Source of the DNA: a virus
Taxonomy: Duplodnaviria > Caudoviricetes
DNA: 64,000 nt
Virus record (IMG/VR): IMGVR_UViG_3300020596_000001
Coordinates: 545-64,544 of that record
Strand: one strand, 5' to 3'
Shown one piece after another: positions 27,233-36,798 of the stretch. The notes beneath the pieces were generated by a model. That model was given only the letters and a program-made list of their open reading frames with translations. It searched no databases and was not told the origin of the DNA. Numbering within the stretch: the first letter of the stretch is position 1; every line of letters begins with the position of its first letter. The translations under genes were made by a program, and so were the position numbers.

Positions 27233-28092
27233 GCTTTTTTCTCTTCGCCCGAGCCCACGGCCTTGAGGTCGGCGATCTTGTTCCCAGCGACAGGATCAAG
27301 CGCTGCGCCACACATGAGCATGCGCGCAAAAAAAACGGTGCGTATTTGTGGGACGGAACCAGGGGGTGGGTTTTCGATTGGGCAGGCGAAGCCAAAACGC
27401 ATTGGTACGAAGACCCGAGCGCAAAGCCCTGGACCGACGCAGAAAAACGCGCCTGGGCCATGCGCCGACAAACCGAGTTGCAAGGGCGCGAACGTGCCTA
27501 CGAGAACACCGCACTACGCGCTGATGTGATGCTGCGCAGCGCTACACCAGGGCCGCACAACTATTTCGCCCTCAAAGGCTTTCCTGACGAGCGCGGATTT
27601 GTCGGCGGCGATGGTGAGTTGTTGATTCCGATGCGCAGTTTGGGCGGTGAACTGCAGGGCCTGCAAGTTATCCGCTGGATCGAGTCTGATCGCCTTTACG
27701 AGAAAAAAATGCTTCACGGCATGCGCGCCAAGGGCGGCGTGTTTCGTCTGGGCCACCAGGGCGCGTCAGAGACGATTTTGGTCGAGGGCTATGCCACAGG
27801 GTTGTCCGTGCGCGCAGCGCTGCGCAGCGTTGGATTGCGGGCCGCTGTGCTGGTTTGTTTTAGCGCCGGGAATCTGGTGCATGTCGCGCCACAAGTCAAA
27901 GGGCGGTGTTTCGTGTTTGCCGACAACGATGCATCAAAGGCCGGCGAGGATGCGGCGACCAAGACAGGCATGGCGTATTGCATGAGTGATGTCGAGGGCG
28001 AGGACGCCAACGACATACACCAGCGCGCCGGCTTGATGGCGGTGGCAGCGAAGTTGATGGCAGTGCGCCGACAGGAGGTGTTGGCCGCGTGA
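27229..28092 (+). CDS. TOPRIM primase (TraC/P4-like)
   Basis: KKNGAY..; ILVEGYATGLSV..VCFSAGNL..FADND..DAND. Confidence 0.9.
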   Translation: MSFFLFARAHGLEVGDLVPSDRIKRCATHEHARKKNGAYLWDGTRGWVFDWAGEAKTHWYEDPSAKPWTDAEKRAWAMRRQTELQGRERAYENTALRADVMLRSATPGPHNYFALKGFPDERGFVGGDGELLIPMRSLGGELQGLQVIRWIESDRLYEKKMLHGMRAKGGVFRLGHQGASETILVEGYATGLSVRAALRSVGLRAAVLVCFSAGNLVHVAPQVKGRCFVFADNDASKAGEDAATKTGMAYCMSDVEGEDANDIHQRAGLMAVAAKLMAVRRQEVLAA

Positions 28093-28317
28093 TGGCCCGC
28101 CTTGCAACAGGCGCTAAACAGGGCAAGGGGAAATGGAAAGGTTGAGCATTTCGAGCAAGTTTTCAACCTTTCTTTTTTCTTTCCTTTTCGAGTTTTCCTG
28201 AATGGACAGGGTGCCTTTCACGTCGTGGGGGTAGGGGGGGTTTTCCCGGTTTCGGTTTCCTTTTTCTTTCGGGGTGGCAAGGGGAAAGGCAGGAGGAAGG
28301 AGGGAAGGAGGGAAGAG

Positions 28318-28614
28318 ATGCAGGACTGGAGCGAGTTGGAGGCAAAGAGGTTTACCCGGCGCGTGGACGCGATGCACCAGGCCGGATTGTGGCAAGACGA
28401 CAAGGGGCAGTGGCATGAAGGAATCAGCAATCAGGAATCAGAGTACGCAGCCGAGAGGTTGCTGCGGCGCGACCGTGACCCGAGCGATGACCGGCGCGTG
28501 TGCTTTGAATGTGGAAATCTCAACGGGCGCAAGTGCAAGGCGATGCGGTTCGAGCCGGTGCGGATCGTGCTCTGGCGCTGCGACAGGTTTGAACTGAAGG
28601 TGGTGAAGAAATGA
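28318..28614 (+). CDS. Zn-binding hypothetical protein
   Basis: AERLLRRDRD..DRRVCFECGNL..C..RCDRF; purine-rich RBS. Confidence 0.65.
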   Translation: MQDWSELEAKRFTRRVDAMHQAGLWQDDKGQWHEGISNQESEYAAERLLRRDRDPSDDRRVCFECGNLNGRKCKAMRFEPVRIVLWRCDRFELKVVKK

Positions 28615-28991
28615 TCGTGAAGTTGCCCTTCCCCGATCCATGCCTGTTCCCGAACGCCAAGGCAGGCCGGTCCTATCGCACATCGATTAGCGCCAAAACC
28701 AAACTGCGCGATGACTCGTTCTACCTGACGCGCCAGGCCATGGGCAGCTGGACTGCGCCAGAGGGCGATATACCGCTGTCGCTGGTGTTCGTGACGCCTA
28801 CCCGCCACAAGCGCGATTGGGATGGCATGGCGGGGGCTTTCAAGGCCGCGCAAGACGGGATGGCGAGGGCATTGGGCATTGATGACTCAAGGTTCAAGCC
28901 CGTGCTGGTGGATTGGGTGGAGGGGGCAAAGCCTGGGTCAGTCATTGCCGCCGTTGGTGTGCAGATCGTGTCGCACAAGGAGGTTGCATGA
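28611..28991 (+). CDS. rusA: RusA-like Holliday junction resolvase
   Basis: LPFP..LFPN..RDWDGM..KAAQDGMA.ALGIDDSRF. Confidence 0.8.
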   Translation: MIVKLPFPDPCLFPNAKAGRSYRTSISAKTKLRDDSFYLTRQAMGSWTAPEGDIPLSLVFVTPTRHKRDWDGMAGAFKAAQDGMARALGIDDSRFKPVLVDWVEGAKPGSVIAAVGVQIVSHKEVA

Positions 28992-29135
28992 CACGTGCAC
29001 AACTAGACGCCATGCAAGCGGCGGCGATGCGGCGGATAGTGGAGCAGATCAACCGCATGTGCGCGCAGCAGTGGCGCCGGCATTGTGAAAAGTTTTCTAG
29101 AGAGCGTTTTGTACATTAATTAAAGGACCATTGAA

Positions 29136-29927
29136 ATGCGATTCCAACTTGAGAACATTACGCCTACGCAGGCGTCGTTTTTGCTTCAAGGCAACTTGGA
29201 CAACCGCCGCTTGCGTCGGCACTGGGTAAATGCGCTGGCCGGAAGAATGACGCGCGGCGAATGGCAAAAAACGCACCAGGGAATAGCTATCGATAGTAGC
29301 GGACGTGTCAATGACGGGCAACACCGGCTCGCTGCAATCGTGCAAAGCGGCAAGACGATAGCGATGATGGTGGCGTATGGCGTGTCGTCCGATACGTTTG
29401 GCGTAGTCGATGACGGTATGAAGCGGACCCTTGAAGACCACACTGGGGAGAAAAATGTAATTATTGGCCCGTCGGCATATCTTGCGCGCATAGCCTACGG
29501 TGCGGCGGCGAGCGCCAAACAGGTTGGTGATATTCATGCGTTCGCCAAAAAGTACGCTTACGTGCTGAACGATGCTTGCGGGACCACCCGGCGCGTCGTT
29601 ACAACAAATCCTGTCCGAGCCGCAGCAATCCTGCAGATGGCCAAAGGGGCGGACGTTGCGTATGTGACGTCTATATATCGGATGGTTGCCCTGTCTGACA
29701 CGGTGAACCCGTCGATGCCACCGGTCGCGCACGCCTTTATTCGGACCTTGGCACTCAGGGATTCCGGGGAGGGCCGCAAAGAGCGCAGCGGTTACGGGAT
29801 TTTTGTCCGGTCCTTGGTTTTGTTTGACAAGAGCAAACGCAATTTGTCGAGGACGGTCGTCAAGGACCCCATTGCTCACATCGCAGATGCCCGCAAAGCA
29901 ATCATCGCGCTGGCAGGCGGTATCTGA
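29136..29927 (+). CDS. ParB-like (DGQHR) protein
   Basis: ITPTQA..NRRL..MTRGEWQKTHQGIAID..DGQHRLAAIV. Confidence 0.75.
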   Translation: MRFQLENITPTQASFLLQGNLDNRRLRRHWVNALAGRMTRGEWQKTHQGIAIDSSGRVNDGQHRLAAIVQSGKTIAMMVAYGVSSDTFGVVDDGMKRTLEDHTGEKNVIIGPSAYLARIAYGAAASAKQVGDIHAFAKKYAYVLNDACGTTRRVVTTNPVRAAAILQMAKGADVAYVTSIYRMVALSDTVNPSMPPVAHAFIRTLALRDSGEGRKERSGYGIFVRSLVLFDKSKRNLSRTVVKDPIAHIADARKAIIALAGGI

Positions 29928-30008
29928 GTTTATGACCATCACCCACCACCAGATCAATCGCAGCGCGGGCCAGCACTTGCGGGCCATGCGCAAAGCCTGG
30001 AGGGCGGC

Positions 30009-31259
30009 ATGAGCGAATGGATCAACAAATGCCATTTCGGCGACGTGCGTGATGTGCTGCGCCAGATGATCGACGCTGGTGTCAAGGTCAATTGCATCGT
30101 GACCAGCCCGCCGTATTGGGGCCTGCGCTCGTACTTGCCTGCCGATCACCCGGACAAGGCGCGCGAGATCGGCAGCGAGCCAACCCTGCGCGAGTTCATT
30201 TCCACGATGACCGACGTGTTCATGCTGGCGCGTGAGGTGCTGGCCGACGACGGTACGTGCTGGATCAACATGGGCGACAGCTATGCGGCGAACGGCGGGG
30301 CGCATGGCGGCAGGCAAGACAACCAATCTGGCGTTGGCGGGAGACGAATGTATGATGCGGGTGGGGGTGACCAAGCACCGAGGCGCGCTCCAAGCGGCCT
30401 GAAGCCCAAAGATCTGGTCGGCCAGCCATGGCGTCTTGCCTTCGCGCTGCAGGATGCTGGCTGGTACTTGCGCCAGGACATCATTTGGTCGAAACCCAGC
30501 CCGATGCCCGAGTCGGTGCGCGACCGCTGCACCAAGGCGCACGAATACCTGTTTCTGATGACGAAATCAGAGAGGTACTGGTGGGACTTCGAAGCTATGC
30601 AGGAGCCGGTCAACGGCGGCGCCAATCCGAGACGTGCCAATCCAGAAGCAGCAGGCACGAAGCGGCCAGGGTTTGGGCATGGGTACGACGAAGTCGCCAA
30701 GCCGCGCTACAAGACCCCGGACGGATGGGATACGCGAACCGGCCAGGGTGGTCACGGGTCATTCCACGCCGAAGGCCGCGAGAAAGGTCGAGTGCCCGGC
30801 AACGTCAACCCTCCAAAAGGCCAAGCCGCATACGAGGCGGGCGATGACCTGACAGGGCCGGGCTATGTGGCGCCGGGCCAAGCGCCGAACACTGGAAACC
30901 GTAAGGAGTTGCGCTCGGACATTGAGAGCCGCCACCGCAGCCAGATCAAGGGCGGGCAGAGCATGCAGGCTGAGCCTGACGGCATGCGCAACCGCCGCAG
31001 CGTTTGGACCGTGCCGACCGCACCCTACAGCGGCGCGCACTTTGCCACGTTCCCCCCTGCTCTGATCGAGCCCTGCATTCTGGCTGGTTGCCCTGCTGGC
31101 GGCGTGGTGCTGGACATCTTTATTGGTTCTGGCACGACCGGGGCCGTTGCCAAGCGCCTGGGCCGCAACTGGATCGGCATCGACATCGACGAGCGCAACG
31201 CAGCCCTGCAGCGGGACCGCATATCGCCGCAGGAATCGTTTGTTCTGGAGGCCGCATGA
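30009..31259 (+). CDS. DNA amino-methyltransferase, beta class (SPPY; probably N4-C)
   Basis: VTSPPYWGLR..IIWSKP..HEYLF..HFATFP..VLDIFIGSGTTG. Confidence 0.93.
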   Translation: MSEWINKCHFGDVRDVLRQMIDAGVKVNCIVTSPPYWGLRSYLPADHPDKAREIGSEPTLREFISTMTDVFMLAREVLADDGTCWINMGDSYAANGGAHGGRQDNQSGVGGRRMYDAGGGDQAPRRAPSGLKPKDLVGQPWRLAFALQDAGWYLRQDIIWSKPSPMPESVRDRCTKAHEYLFLMTKSERYWWDFEAMQEPVNGGANPRRANPEAAGTKRPGFGHGYDEVAKPRYKTPDGWDTRTGQGGHGSFHAEGREKGRVPGNVNPPKGQAAYEAGDDLTGPGYVAPGQAPNTGNRKELRSDIESRHRSQIKGGQSMQAEPDGMRNRRSVWTVPTAPYSGAHFATFPPALIEPCILAGCPAGGVVLDIFIGSGTTGAVAKRLGRNWIGIDIDERNAALQRDRISPQESFVLEAA

Positions 31260-31711
31260 CCGAGCGCATCACCCTGCGCCTGGAGAACCCGGTGCAAGCC
31301 CTGGCCGACATGCGCAGGGCCTGGGAGTGGGCGAAGGAACTGCTGGCTGCTGGCTACCGCGTCGTCGTGACGTTTCGCAAAGACACCCGCAGCCTGAAGC
31401 AAAACCAGATCATGTGGTCCTGCCTCACGGACCTGAGCAAACAAGTCACATGGTTCGGCAAAAAGCTCAAGCCAACTGGCTGGAAAGATTTTGTGACAGG
31501 CCACTTAAACGGGCAGGAACTGCACCCGAATATGGACGGCACCGGTTTCATCAGCATCAATCGCGGCGACAGCACCAGCGACATGACGACCAAGGAGATG
31601 ACAGCCGTGATCGACCTGTGCCATTGCTTCGGGACAGAGCAGGGAGTGGTCTGGTCCAAGACGTCGCTCGGTCGGCAGATCGACCCTGAGACCGGGGAGA
31701 TTACGCAATGA
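31256..31711 (+). CDS. ninB: NinB/Orf-like recombination protein
   Basis: RSLKQNQIMW..LSKQVTWFG..WKDF..STSDMT. Confidence 0.85.
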   Translation: MTERITLRLENPVQALADMRRAWEWAKELLAAGYRVVVTFRKDTRSLKQNQIMWSCLTDLSKQVTWFGKKLKPTGWKDFVTGHLNGQELHPNMDGTGFISINRGDSTSDMTTKEMTAVIDLCHCFGTEQGVVWSKTSLGRQIDPETGEITQ

Positions 31712-31759
31712 CGACGGTCCCGGCCTGCCGACTCAGGCCTGCAAATTGGAGATTTGAAC

Positions 31760-32122
31760 ATGCGAACAATTGACGACCACAAGGTCAACGCGGCGAACGA
31801 CACACTGACGGTAACGGCAGTCGACGAGCCTGGTGCAGGCGGCGCACACCATCACTATGCGATTGACTGCGCGACAAATGACGACGCCGCCGCCGATATC
31901 AAATTCCAGAACGGCCCAATTGCCGAGGTTGGTGTCAACGGACTCACGCACGAGGTATTGCTGGCCATCATCGCCGACCGGCTGCGCAGCTTCCAAAAAG
32001 GGCCGTATGCCTGCAAGGCGAACGCTTGCGCTCTGACTCACATCGAAGAAGCACAGCACTGGCTGCAGCAGCGGACTATCGAACGCATGCGCCGTGGTGT
32101 CGAAGGCACGCACGCAGTCTGA
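31760..32122 (+). CDS. tad1: Tad1-like anti-defence sponge for nucleotide signals
   Basis: GAGGAHHHY..IKFQNG..LLAIIADRLRSFQKGPY..NACALTHIEEA.HW..R..R..R.VEGT matches the Tad1 family pattern as I recall it. Confidence 0.8.
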   Translation: MRTIDDHKVNAANDTLTVTAVDEPGAGGAHHHYAIDCATNDDAAADIKFQNGPIAEVGVNGLTHEVLLAIIADRLRSFQKGPYACKANACALTHIEEAQHWLQQRTIERMRRGVEGTHAV

Positions 32123-32124
32123 TC

Positions 32125-32301
32125 ATGAATGACTGGCTCCAAATGATCGAGGACTGCGAGGCGCGCGAGTCTCGCTTGTCCGACTGGGACGGCACATTCC
32201 TCGACTCCATCAAGGCACGCTTGGATGCAGGCAATTCGCTGACGCCTCTGCAGGCTGAAAAGCTCGATCAAATCTGGGAGCGGGTAACCGCGAAGGGATA
32301 A
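32125..32301 (+). CDS. Hypothetical protein
   Basis: RLSDWDGTFLDSI..LTPLQ..KL..IW. Confidence 0.6.
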   Translation: MNDWLQMIEDCEARESRLSDWDGTFLDSIKARLDAGNSLTPLQAEKLDQIWERVTAKG

Positions 32302-32303
32302 CC

Positions 32304-32732
32304 ATGCTACGACGCACCTCATTTGCTCGCCCGGCCTACGTGCGGCCACCGCCGTCCCCGATGCGCCGCCTGGAGCGCCCGGTGAGCGTGTGGCGGGCGA
32401 CGGATGACGTGGCGGTAACGATGCCCAAAGAAAACGTGCGGCAACACGCCGGCTACATGGATCTGGTGCGGGCCATGCCGTGCATGCACTGCGGGCAGGC
32501 GCCACGGTCGCAGTTCTGCCACTCGGACCAGGGCAAGGGCATGGGCATTAAAACCGATTGCCGAAGGGGCTGGCCTGGGTGCGCGCGTTGCCATGATTTT
32601 GTGGGCAGCACTGGGGCGCTTGGACGATACGAGCGCCGCCTGCTGGAGGACGAGTACGCAGCCAGGACGCGGGCAGCGATCGTTTCCGAGGGGCTGTGGC
32701 CCGGATCACTGCCGATGTGGGAGGCCGCATGA
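32304..32732 (+). CDS. HNH-like Zn-binding protein (DUF968/DUF1364-type)
   Basis: VRAMPCMHCG..SQFCH..KTDC..CARCH. Confidence 0.7.
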   Translation: MLRRTSFARPAYVRPPPSPMRRLERPVSVWRATDDVAVTMPKENVRQHAGYMDLVRAMPCMHCGQAPRSQFCHSDQGKGMGIKTDCRRGWPGCARCHDFVGSTGALGRYERRLLEDEYAARTRAAIVSEGLWPGSLPMWEAA

Positions 32733-32897
32733 CAACCCCAGTCCTATACCTACACGACAAGCCCGTGGTCACCAAACTGCACCGTCAGATCGCGGAGTTG
32801 CTGGACGAGCAAGCACGATTGGCCAGCGTCGTCGTCGCGCGCAATCTTGAGATAGCGGATCTCAAGCAGAAAATCCAAAAACTGGAGAGGGAGCGCC

Positions 32898-33611
32898 ATG
32901 GCGTTTGAAGAAGTCATCATTGGGAACGCCCGTCTGATTCACGGCGACTGCCGCGAGGTGCTGCCGCTGCTGCCGAAAGACGCGGCCATCGTTAGCGACC
33001 CGCCCTATGGAATTGGGTACGTTCGCGGGACCGGCGGCGGCGCAGGCGCTCACGCTGCCGGGCGCAACGCTACGCGCAATGGCGAGGCGATTTTCGGCGA
33101 CGACGCACCCTTTGACCCGACACCGCTGCTGGCCTTTGACCCGGTGATTGTCTTTGGCGCCGACCACTACGCGCAGCGCTTGCCGCGCGGGCGTTGGCTG
33201 GCATGGGACAAGCTGGACGGAAAAGAGCCGTGGGACACATTTTCGGATGTTGAATTTGCTTGGATGAACTCGCCAGGCGCGGCGCGGATTTTCAGGCTTG
33301 TGTGGAAGGGGTTGTGCCAAGGCGCGGGGAAGGACAAGGGCACCAAGCGCACGCACCCGACACAGAAGCCTGTGGCCCTGATGGAGTGGTGCATTGTTCA
33401 AGCTGGGCGGCCTGCGCTGGTGGCCGACCCCTACATGGGCACAGGCGCTACAGGAGTAGCGGCGATGAACCTCGGTCTGCGCTTCATCGGCGTGGAGATT
33501 CATCGCCCGTACTTCGACATCGCAGTCGAGCGCATCAGCCGCGCCCAGGCACAGGGCACGCTACTGCTGCCCGAGGAAGCGCCCCAGCCTGTGCAGGCGG
33601 GGCTGTTGTGA
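32898..33611 (+). CDS. DNA adenine methyltransferase, beta class (DPPY)
   Basis: HGDCREVL..VSDPPYG..HPTQKPVALMEW..DPYMGTGATG. Confidence 0.92.
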   Translation: MAFEEVIIGNARLIHGDCREVLPLLPKDAAIVSDPPYGIGYVRGTGGGAGAHAAGRNATRNGEAIFGDDAPFDPTPLLAFDPVIVFGADHYAQRLPRGRWLAWDKLDGKEPWDTFSDVEFAWMNSPGAARIFRLVWKGLCQGAGKDKGTKRTHPTQKPVALMEWCIVQAGRPALVADPYMGTGATGVAAMNLGLRFIGVEIHRPYFDIAVERISRAQAQGTLLLPEEAPQPVQAGLL

Positions 33612-33641
33612 AAACCAACCAAAAACTGGAGGGGCAAACGC

Positions 33642-34061
33642 ATGATGCAAACAATCAAGTCAGCACGTAAACGCGGCCCTACGCTGGTGAGCAAGCACCA
33701 GGTCCTGCAGGTGATCGTAGACCGGTTTTGCAGCAGTCCGGTGCAGTATTCGACCCGCCAGCAGATTGCGGACGAACTGTGCGTGCCTCTGGCTGTGATC
33801 GACGACCAGGTCGACCGGCTCAAAGCTGATGGGTCGATCACGACCACCTTCAACGGGCATTTTTTCCCGGCGAATATTCGAGCGGACAGGCCGATGTCGC
33901 TCACGCGCAATCCGGGGCGCGAGTCAATACTGGAGATTGGCGAGACATGCGAGCATCTGTCGCCGGGCGAGATCCGCGAACTCATCCACCTGCTTGGCGG
34001 CATCACGCGCAGCGAGGTCAGGTCCGAGATACTGGCGATCAAGCGGGAGCTGGAAGCATGA
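33642..34061 (+). CDS. Winged-HTH protein (candidate late activator)
   Basis: TRQQIADELCVPLAVIDDQVDRLKADGSI; lies near the end of the middle operon. Confidence 0.6.
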   Translation: MMQTIKSARKRGPTLVSKHQVLQVIVDRFCSSPVQYSTRQQIADELCVPLAVIDDQVDRLKADGSITTTFNGHFFPANIRADRPMSLTRNPGRESILEIGETCEHLSPGEIRELIHLLGGITRSEVRSEILAIKRELEA

Positions 34062-34264
34062 CGCACGAGGAATTGCTGAGCCATATCAAATGGCTGGAGG
34101 CCGGCGTCGAAGTGACCACGATTTGTCTGAACGTAGTTACCGACAATTTCGACGCATTCATGGGGCATCACATTGCAGGTACCGTCGACAAGCGAGTCCT
34201 GATGCGTGCGCGGGCGACGCTACCGCCACGGTGCGCGAACACTATTGATCGGGGGAATAAATGA
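34058..34264 (+). CDS. Hypothetical protein
   Basis: ATGA overlaps on both sides. Confidence 0.5.
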   Translation: MTHEELLSHIKWLEAGVEVTTICLNVVTDNFDAFMGHHIAGTVDKRVLMRARATLPPRCANTIDRGNK

Positions 34265-34671
34265 AACGCCCAATGGTTTTCACGAATGGCTGCTTTGACA
34301 TTTTTCACGCCGGGCATGTCGACTACCTGGAGCGCGCACGGGCGATGGGGGAGTGCCTTGTGGTGGGCATCAACTCTGATTCGAGCGTGCGCAAGCTCAA
34401 AGGCGCGACCCGACCGATAAACCGCTTGGCCGACCGCATTCGGGTACTGGAGGCCCTGCGCTGCGTGGATGTGGTGATCCCGTTCTCTGAGGCGACGCCG
34501 CTGGCTCTGATCATCCAGATCAATCCCCAAGTTTTGGTCAAGGGAGGCGACTATCGGGTCGAGGACATCGTCGGCTACAGGGAGGTCACAGCGCGCGGCG
34601 GAATAGTGCTCACGATCCCGTTCACGCGCGGCGTGTCAACGACAAAACTGATTGAGAGGATGAGAACATGA
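34261..34671 (+). CDS. hldC: D-glycero-beta-D-manno-heptose 1-phosphate adenylyltransferase (HldC/RfaE2)
   Basis: [54 protein letters not shown]. Confidence 0.95.
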   Translation: MKRPMVFTNGCFDIFHAGHVDYLERARAMGECLVVGINSDSSVRKLKGATRPINRLADRIRVLEALRCVDVVIPFSEATPLALIIQINPQVLVKGGDYRVEDIVGYREVTARGGIVLTIPFTRGVSTTKLIERMRT

Positions 34672-35069
34672 GTCACACACTGGAAGCATTCCAAAACAGG
34701 CAGGAATGGTGGTGCAAGGCCACCGGACTTCAGAAGTCCAATGCACTTTCAACGTCCGTTCTGAGGTGGATGATCGATTGGCGTTACCCGGACGGGTTTG
34801 ATCACACGGGCATTTATTACTGGCCGCGCAAAAGGTTGCACATAATGATCACGGAGCCATATCACTCGACCGAAAAAGCGCTTCATGGTCTGCAGGCAAT
34901 GGCCAAAGAAAGAAATGGCACCTACTCGTTCAGTATTGGACGGGAATCAACTGGTCTTTGGTCCCCTGGTAATTGCGTATCGCTGCTGGTCGCGTGTGAT
35001 TCTGCCGGTCAGGCTCTGGATGCGTTCGCGATGTTGTTGCCAGCGGTGGGAGAGCAAACAGAGCCATGA
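34668..35069 (+). CDS. Hypothetical protein between hldC and gmhB
   Basis: ATGA-coupled on both sides; FDHT..ITEPY motif; visibly AT-richer. Confidence 0.6.
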   Translation: MSHTLEAFQNRQEWWCKATGLQKSNALSTSVLRWMIDWRYPDGFDHTGIYYWPRKRLHIMITEPYHSTEKALHGLQAMAKERNGTYSFSIGRESTGLWSPGNCVSLLVACDSAGQALDAFAMLLPAVGEQTEP

Positions 35070-35509
35070 AGCCCGCACTTTTCCTGGACCGCGACGGCGT
35101 GATCAACGACAACGGCAGCTTCGTCCACAAGATCGAGAATTTCGTTTTCATGCCCGGCATATTCGGCGTGTGCCGCAGGTACCAGGACATGGGCCACCTG
35201 ATATTCGTGGTCACCAACCAGGCCGGGATCAGCCACGGGTATTTCAGCGAAACGGATTTCCAAGTCTTAACGGCATGGATGGTCGACCAATTCGCAGCCC
35301 GGGACGTGAGGATCACCAAGGTCTACCACTGCCCGGACTACGACCCGCTCATGCGCAAGCCCGCGCCCGGCATGATCCTGCAAGCGGCCAGAGAGTACGG
35401 CATCGACCTGGCGCGATCAACGCTGATCGGGGACCGGGACACAGACATCGAAGCCGGGCGCGCGGCTGGAGTCGGGACGCTGATACTTGTGCCGCAAACT
35501 AATTTGTAA
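35066..35509 (+). CDS. gmhB: Heptose 1,7-bisphosphate phosphatase (GmhB, HAD IIIA)
   Basis: ALFLDRDGVIN..VVTNQAGI..YHCP..RKPAPGMI..IGDRDTDIEAG. Confidence 0.93.
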   Translation: MKPALFLDRDGVINDNGSFVHKIENFVFMPGIFGVCRRYQDMGHLIFVVTNQAGISHGYFSETDFQVLTAWMVDQFAARDVRITKVYHCPDYDPLMRKPAPGMILQAAREYGIDLARSTLIGDRDTDIEAGRAAGVGTLILVPQTNL

Positions 35510-35527
35510 CCGTACACAAAATAGTCG

Positions 35528-35556
35528 TTGACTGCTGTTATTGCATGCCGTACATT
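35528..35556 (+). promoter_or_regulatory. Sigma70-type promoter of an inserted accessory module
   Basis: TTGACT-17 bp-TACATT. Confidence 0.7.
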
Positions 35557-35603
35557 AATCACATGGGCAGGCAATAACGCAGGTCCAACACCTGGAGAAT
35601 GAA

Positions 35604-35924
35604 ATGAACATTACCCTCAAACAAGCTATCGAGCTGATCGCGGTGAGGTCTGACCCGCTTACAGCCGCTGTTGTCGCGGTCTGCGGGCCGCTAGCGTATG
35701 TCGATCCAGCATTGGTGCTCACTCAAGCGCATGCCGATGCCATTGCGGCGCACATCAATGCGCAAGACACGGCAACCGACCCCGAGGCTGCGAGTTTACT
35801 CGGCGTCCCGGCACACGAATTGACTTTGCAAGCCGAACGGAACCGCCAGGCCGCAGTCGGCCATGGTATCGACCTGTTCCGCCTGGCCGGACTCAGTACG
35901 CCGAGGTGCTGGATTGATGCCTAG
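35604..35924 (+). CDS. Hypothetical protein
   Basis: GGAG RBS; follows the sigma70 promoter. Confidence 0.55.
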   Translation: MNITLKQAIELIAVRSDPLTAAVVAVCGPLAYVDPALVLTQAHADAIAAHINAQDTATDPEAASLLGVPAHELTLQAERNRQAAVGHGIDLFRLAGLSTPRCWIDA

Positions 35925-35952
35925 ACCCCCACCACCACCACAGGAGAATGAA

Positions 35953-36189
35953 ATGACCAAATTCGTAGTTACATCGGTCTCCGCCTTCAAAGCGGAGTAT
36001 TTCACCGGCGGGGTACAGGCGTTTGACGCCACCATTCACACAACTTGCGGGGATATCGAAGTCACCAGGCTGGGCAACCCGGGCCGGCATGACACGCCCG
36101 AGGAATGGGCCAAGTGGAAGTTTCCCGTAGGAAGCTCCGTCGACTACCTGGCACAAGCGCAAGGCATTCGCCGGGTAGCCGAGGCATGA
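35953..36189 (+). CDS. Hypothetical protein
   Basis: AGGAGAATGAAATG leader, the same as before 35604. Confidence 0.55.
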   Translation: MTKFVVTSVSAFKAEYFTGGVQAFDATIHTTCGDIEVTRLGNPGRHDTPEEWAKWKFPVGSSVDYLAQAQGIRRVAEA

Positions 36190-36383
36190 ACACCACCCCC
36201 GCCAAACGCCCCCAAGGGCGCCCAGCACTTCCCTTAGGCGAGGGCAAGACAGCCCGCATGGAGCTGCGAGTGAGCCCAGCCACGCGGTATCACGCGCACC
36301 GGGCAGCCAAGGAAGCCGGCCAAAGCGTATCGCAGCTTTTCACAGCACTACTTGCGGGAGCAGGACATGATGAAACTCGATAG
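36186..36383 (+). CDS. Ribbon-helix-helix-like DNA-binding protein
   Basis: GRPALP..KTARMELRVSP..AAKEAGQSVSQL. Confidence 0.65.
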   Translation: MNTTPAKRPQGRPALPLGEGKTARMELRVSPATRYHAHRAAKEAGQSVSQLFTALLAGAGHDETR

Positions 36384-36735
36384 CCTCATCATTCCTGCCG
36401 GCTACACGGTCGAGCAAGCCCTCCGCAAGGTCATGCATGATGATTGGCGCAGTAGGCAGGAAGTGCGCAGTCTCACCAACGACTCGATTGCGTATGAGGT
36501 AACACTTATTTTCAAGTTCGGCGTGACCATGGGCCTAGCCCGCGAAGTGCTTGACACGATCGAGTCAGAAGAAGCCGCAGCGAGGGGGAAGCGCACAGAC
36601 AGCGCCACAGCGCCCGCAAAGATCGGGCCTGCGCAACCGTGCCGTTACCCAGCATGCGTTGATGACGGACCAGACGGGAAATGCTCGGATTGGCTCGCGG
36701 GCGACTGTAAGGGCCCAGGCTATACCCGCCCCTGA
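36367..36735 (+). CDS. Hypothetical protein with Cys-rich C-terminus
   Basis: CRYPAC..C..C; followed by a terminator. Confidence 0.5.
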   Translation: MMKLDSLIIPAGYTVEQALRKVMHDDWRSRQEVRSLTNDSIAYEVTLIFKFGVTMGLAREVLDTIESEEAAARGKRTDSATAPAKIGPAQPCRYPACVDDGPDGKCSDWLAGDCKGPGYTRP

Positions 36736-36767
36736 CCTACAGAAGAGCACAGAGGACAACAGAGGAT

Positions 36768-36790
36768 GCCCGCCACAGTGCGGGCTTTTT
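36768..36790 (+). terminator. Rho-independent terminator
   Basis: GCCCGC-CACAGT-GCGGGC-TTTTT. Confidence 0.75.
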
Positions 36791-36798
36791 AACGCCCG

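Noticed and set aside
34620-34650. HldC as a CDP/UDP-heptose-producing STT-R5 enzyme
   Set aside because: The motif reads FTRGVSTT. As I recall the definition, (F/L)xxGRSTT needs Arg at the fifth position, which is Val here, so ADP-heptose is the default prediction.
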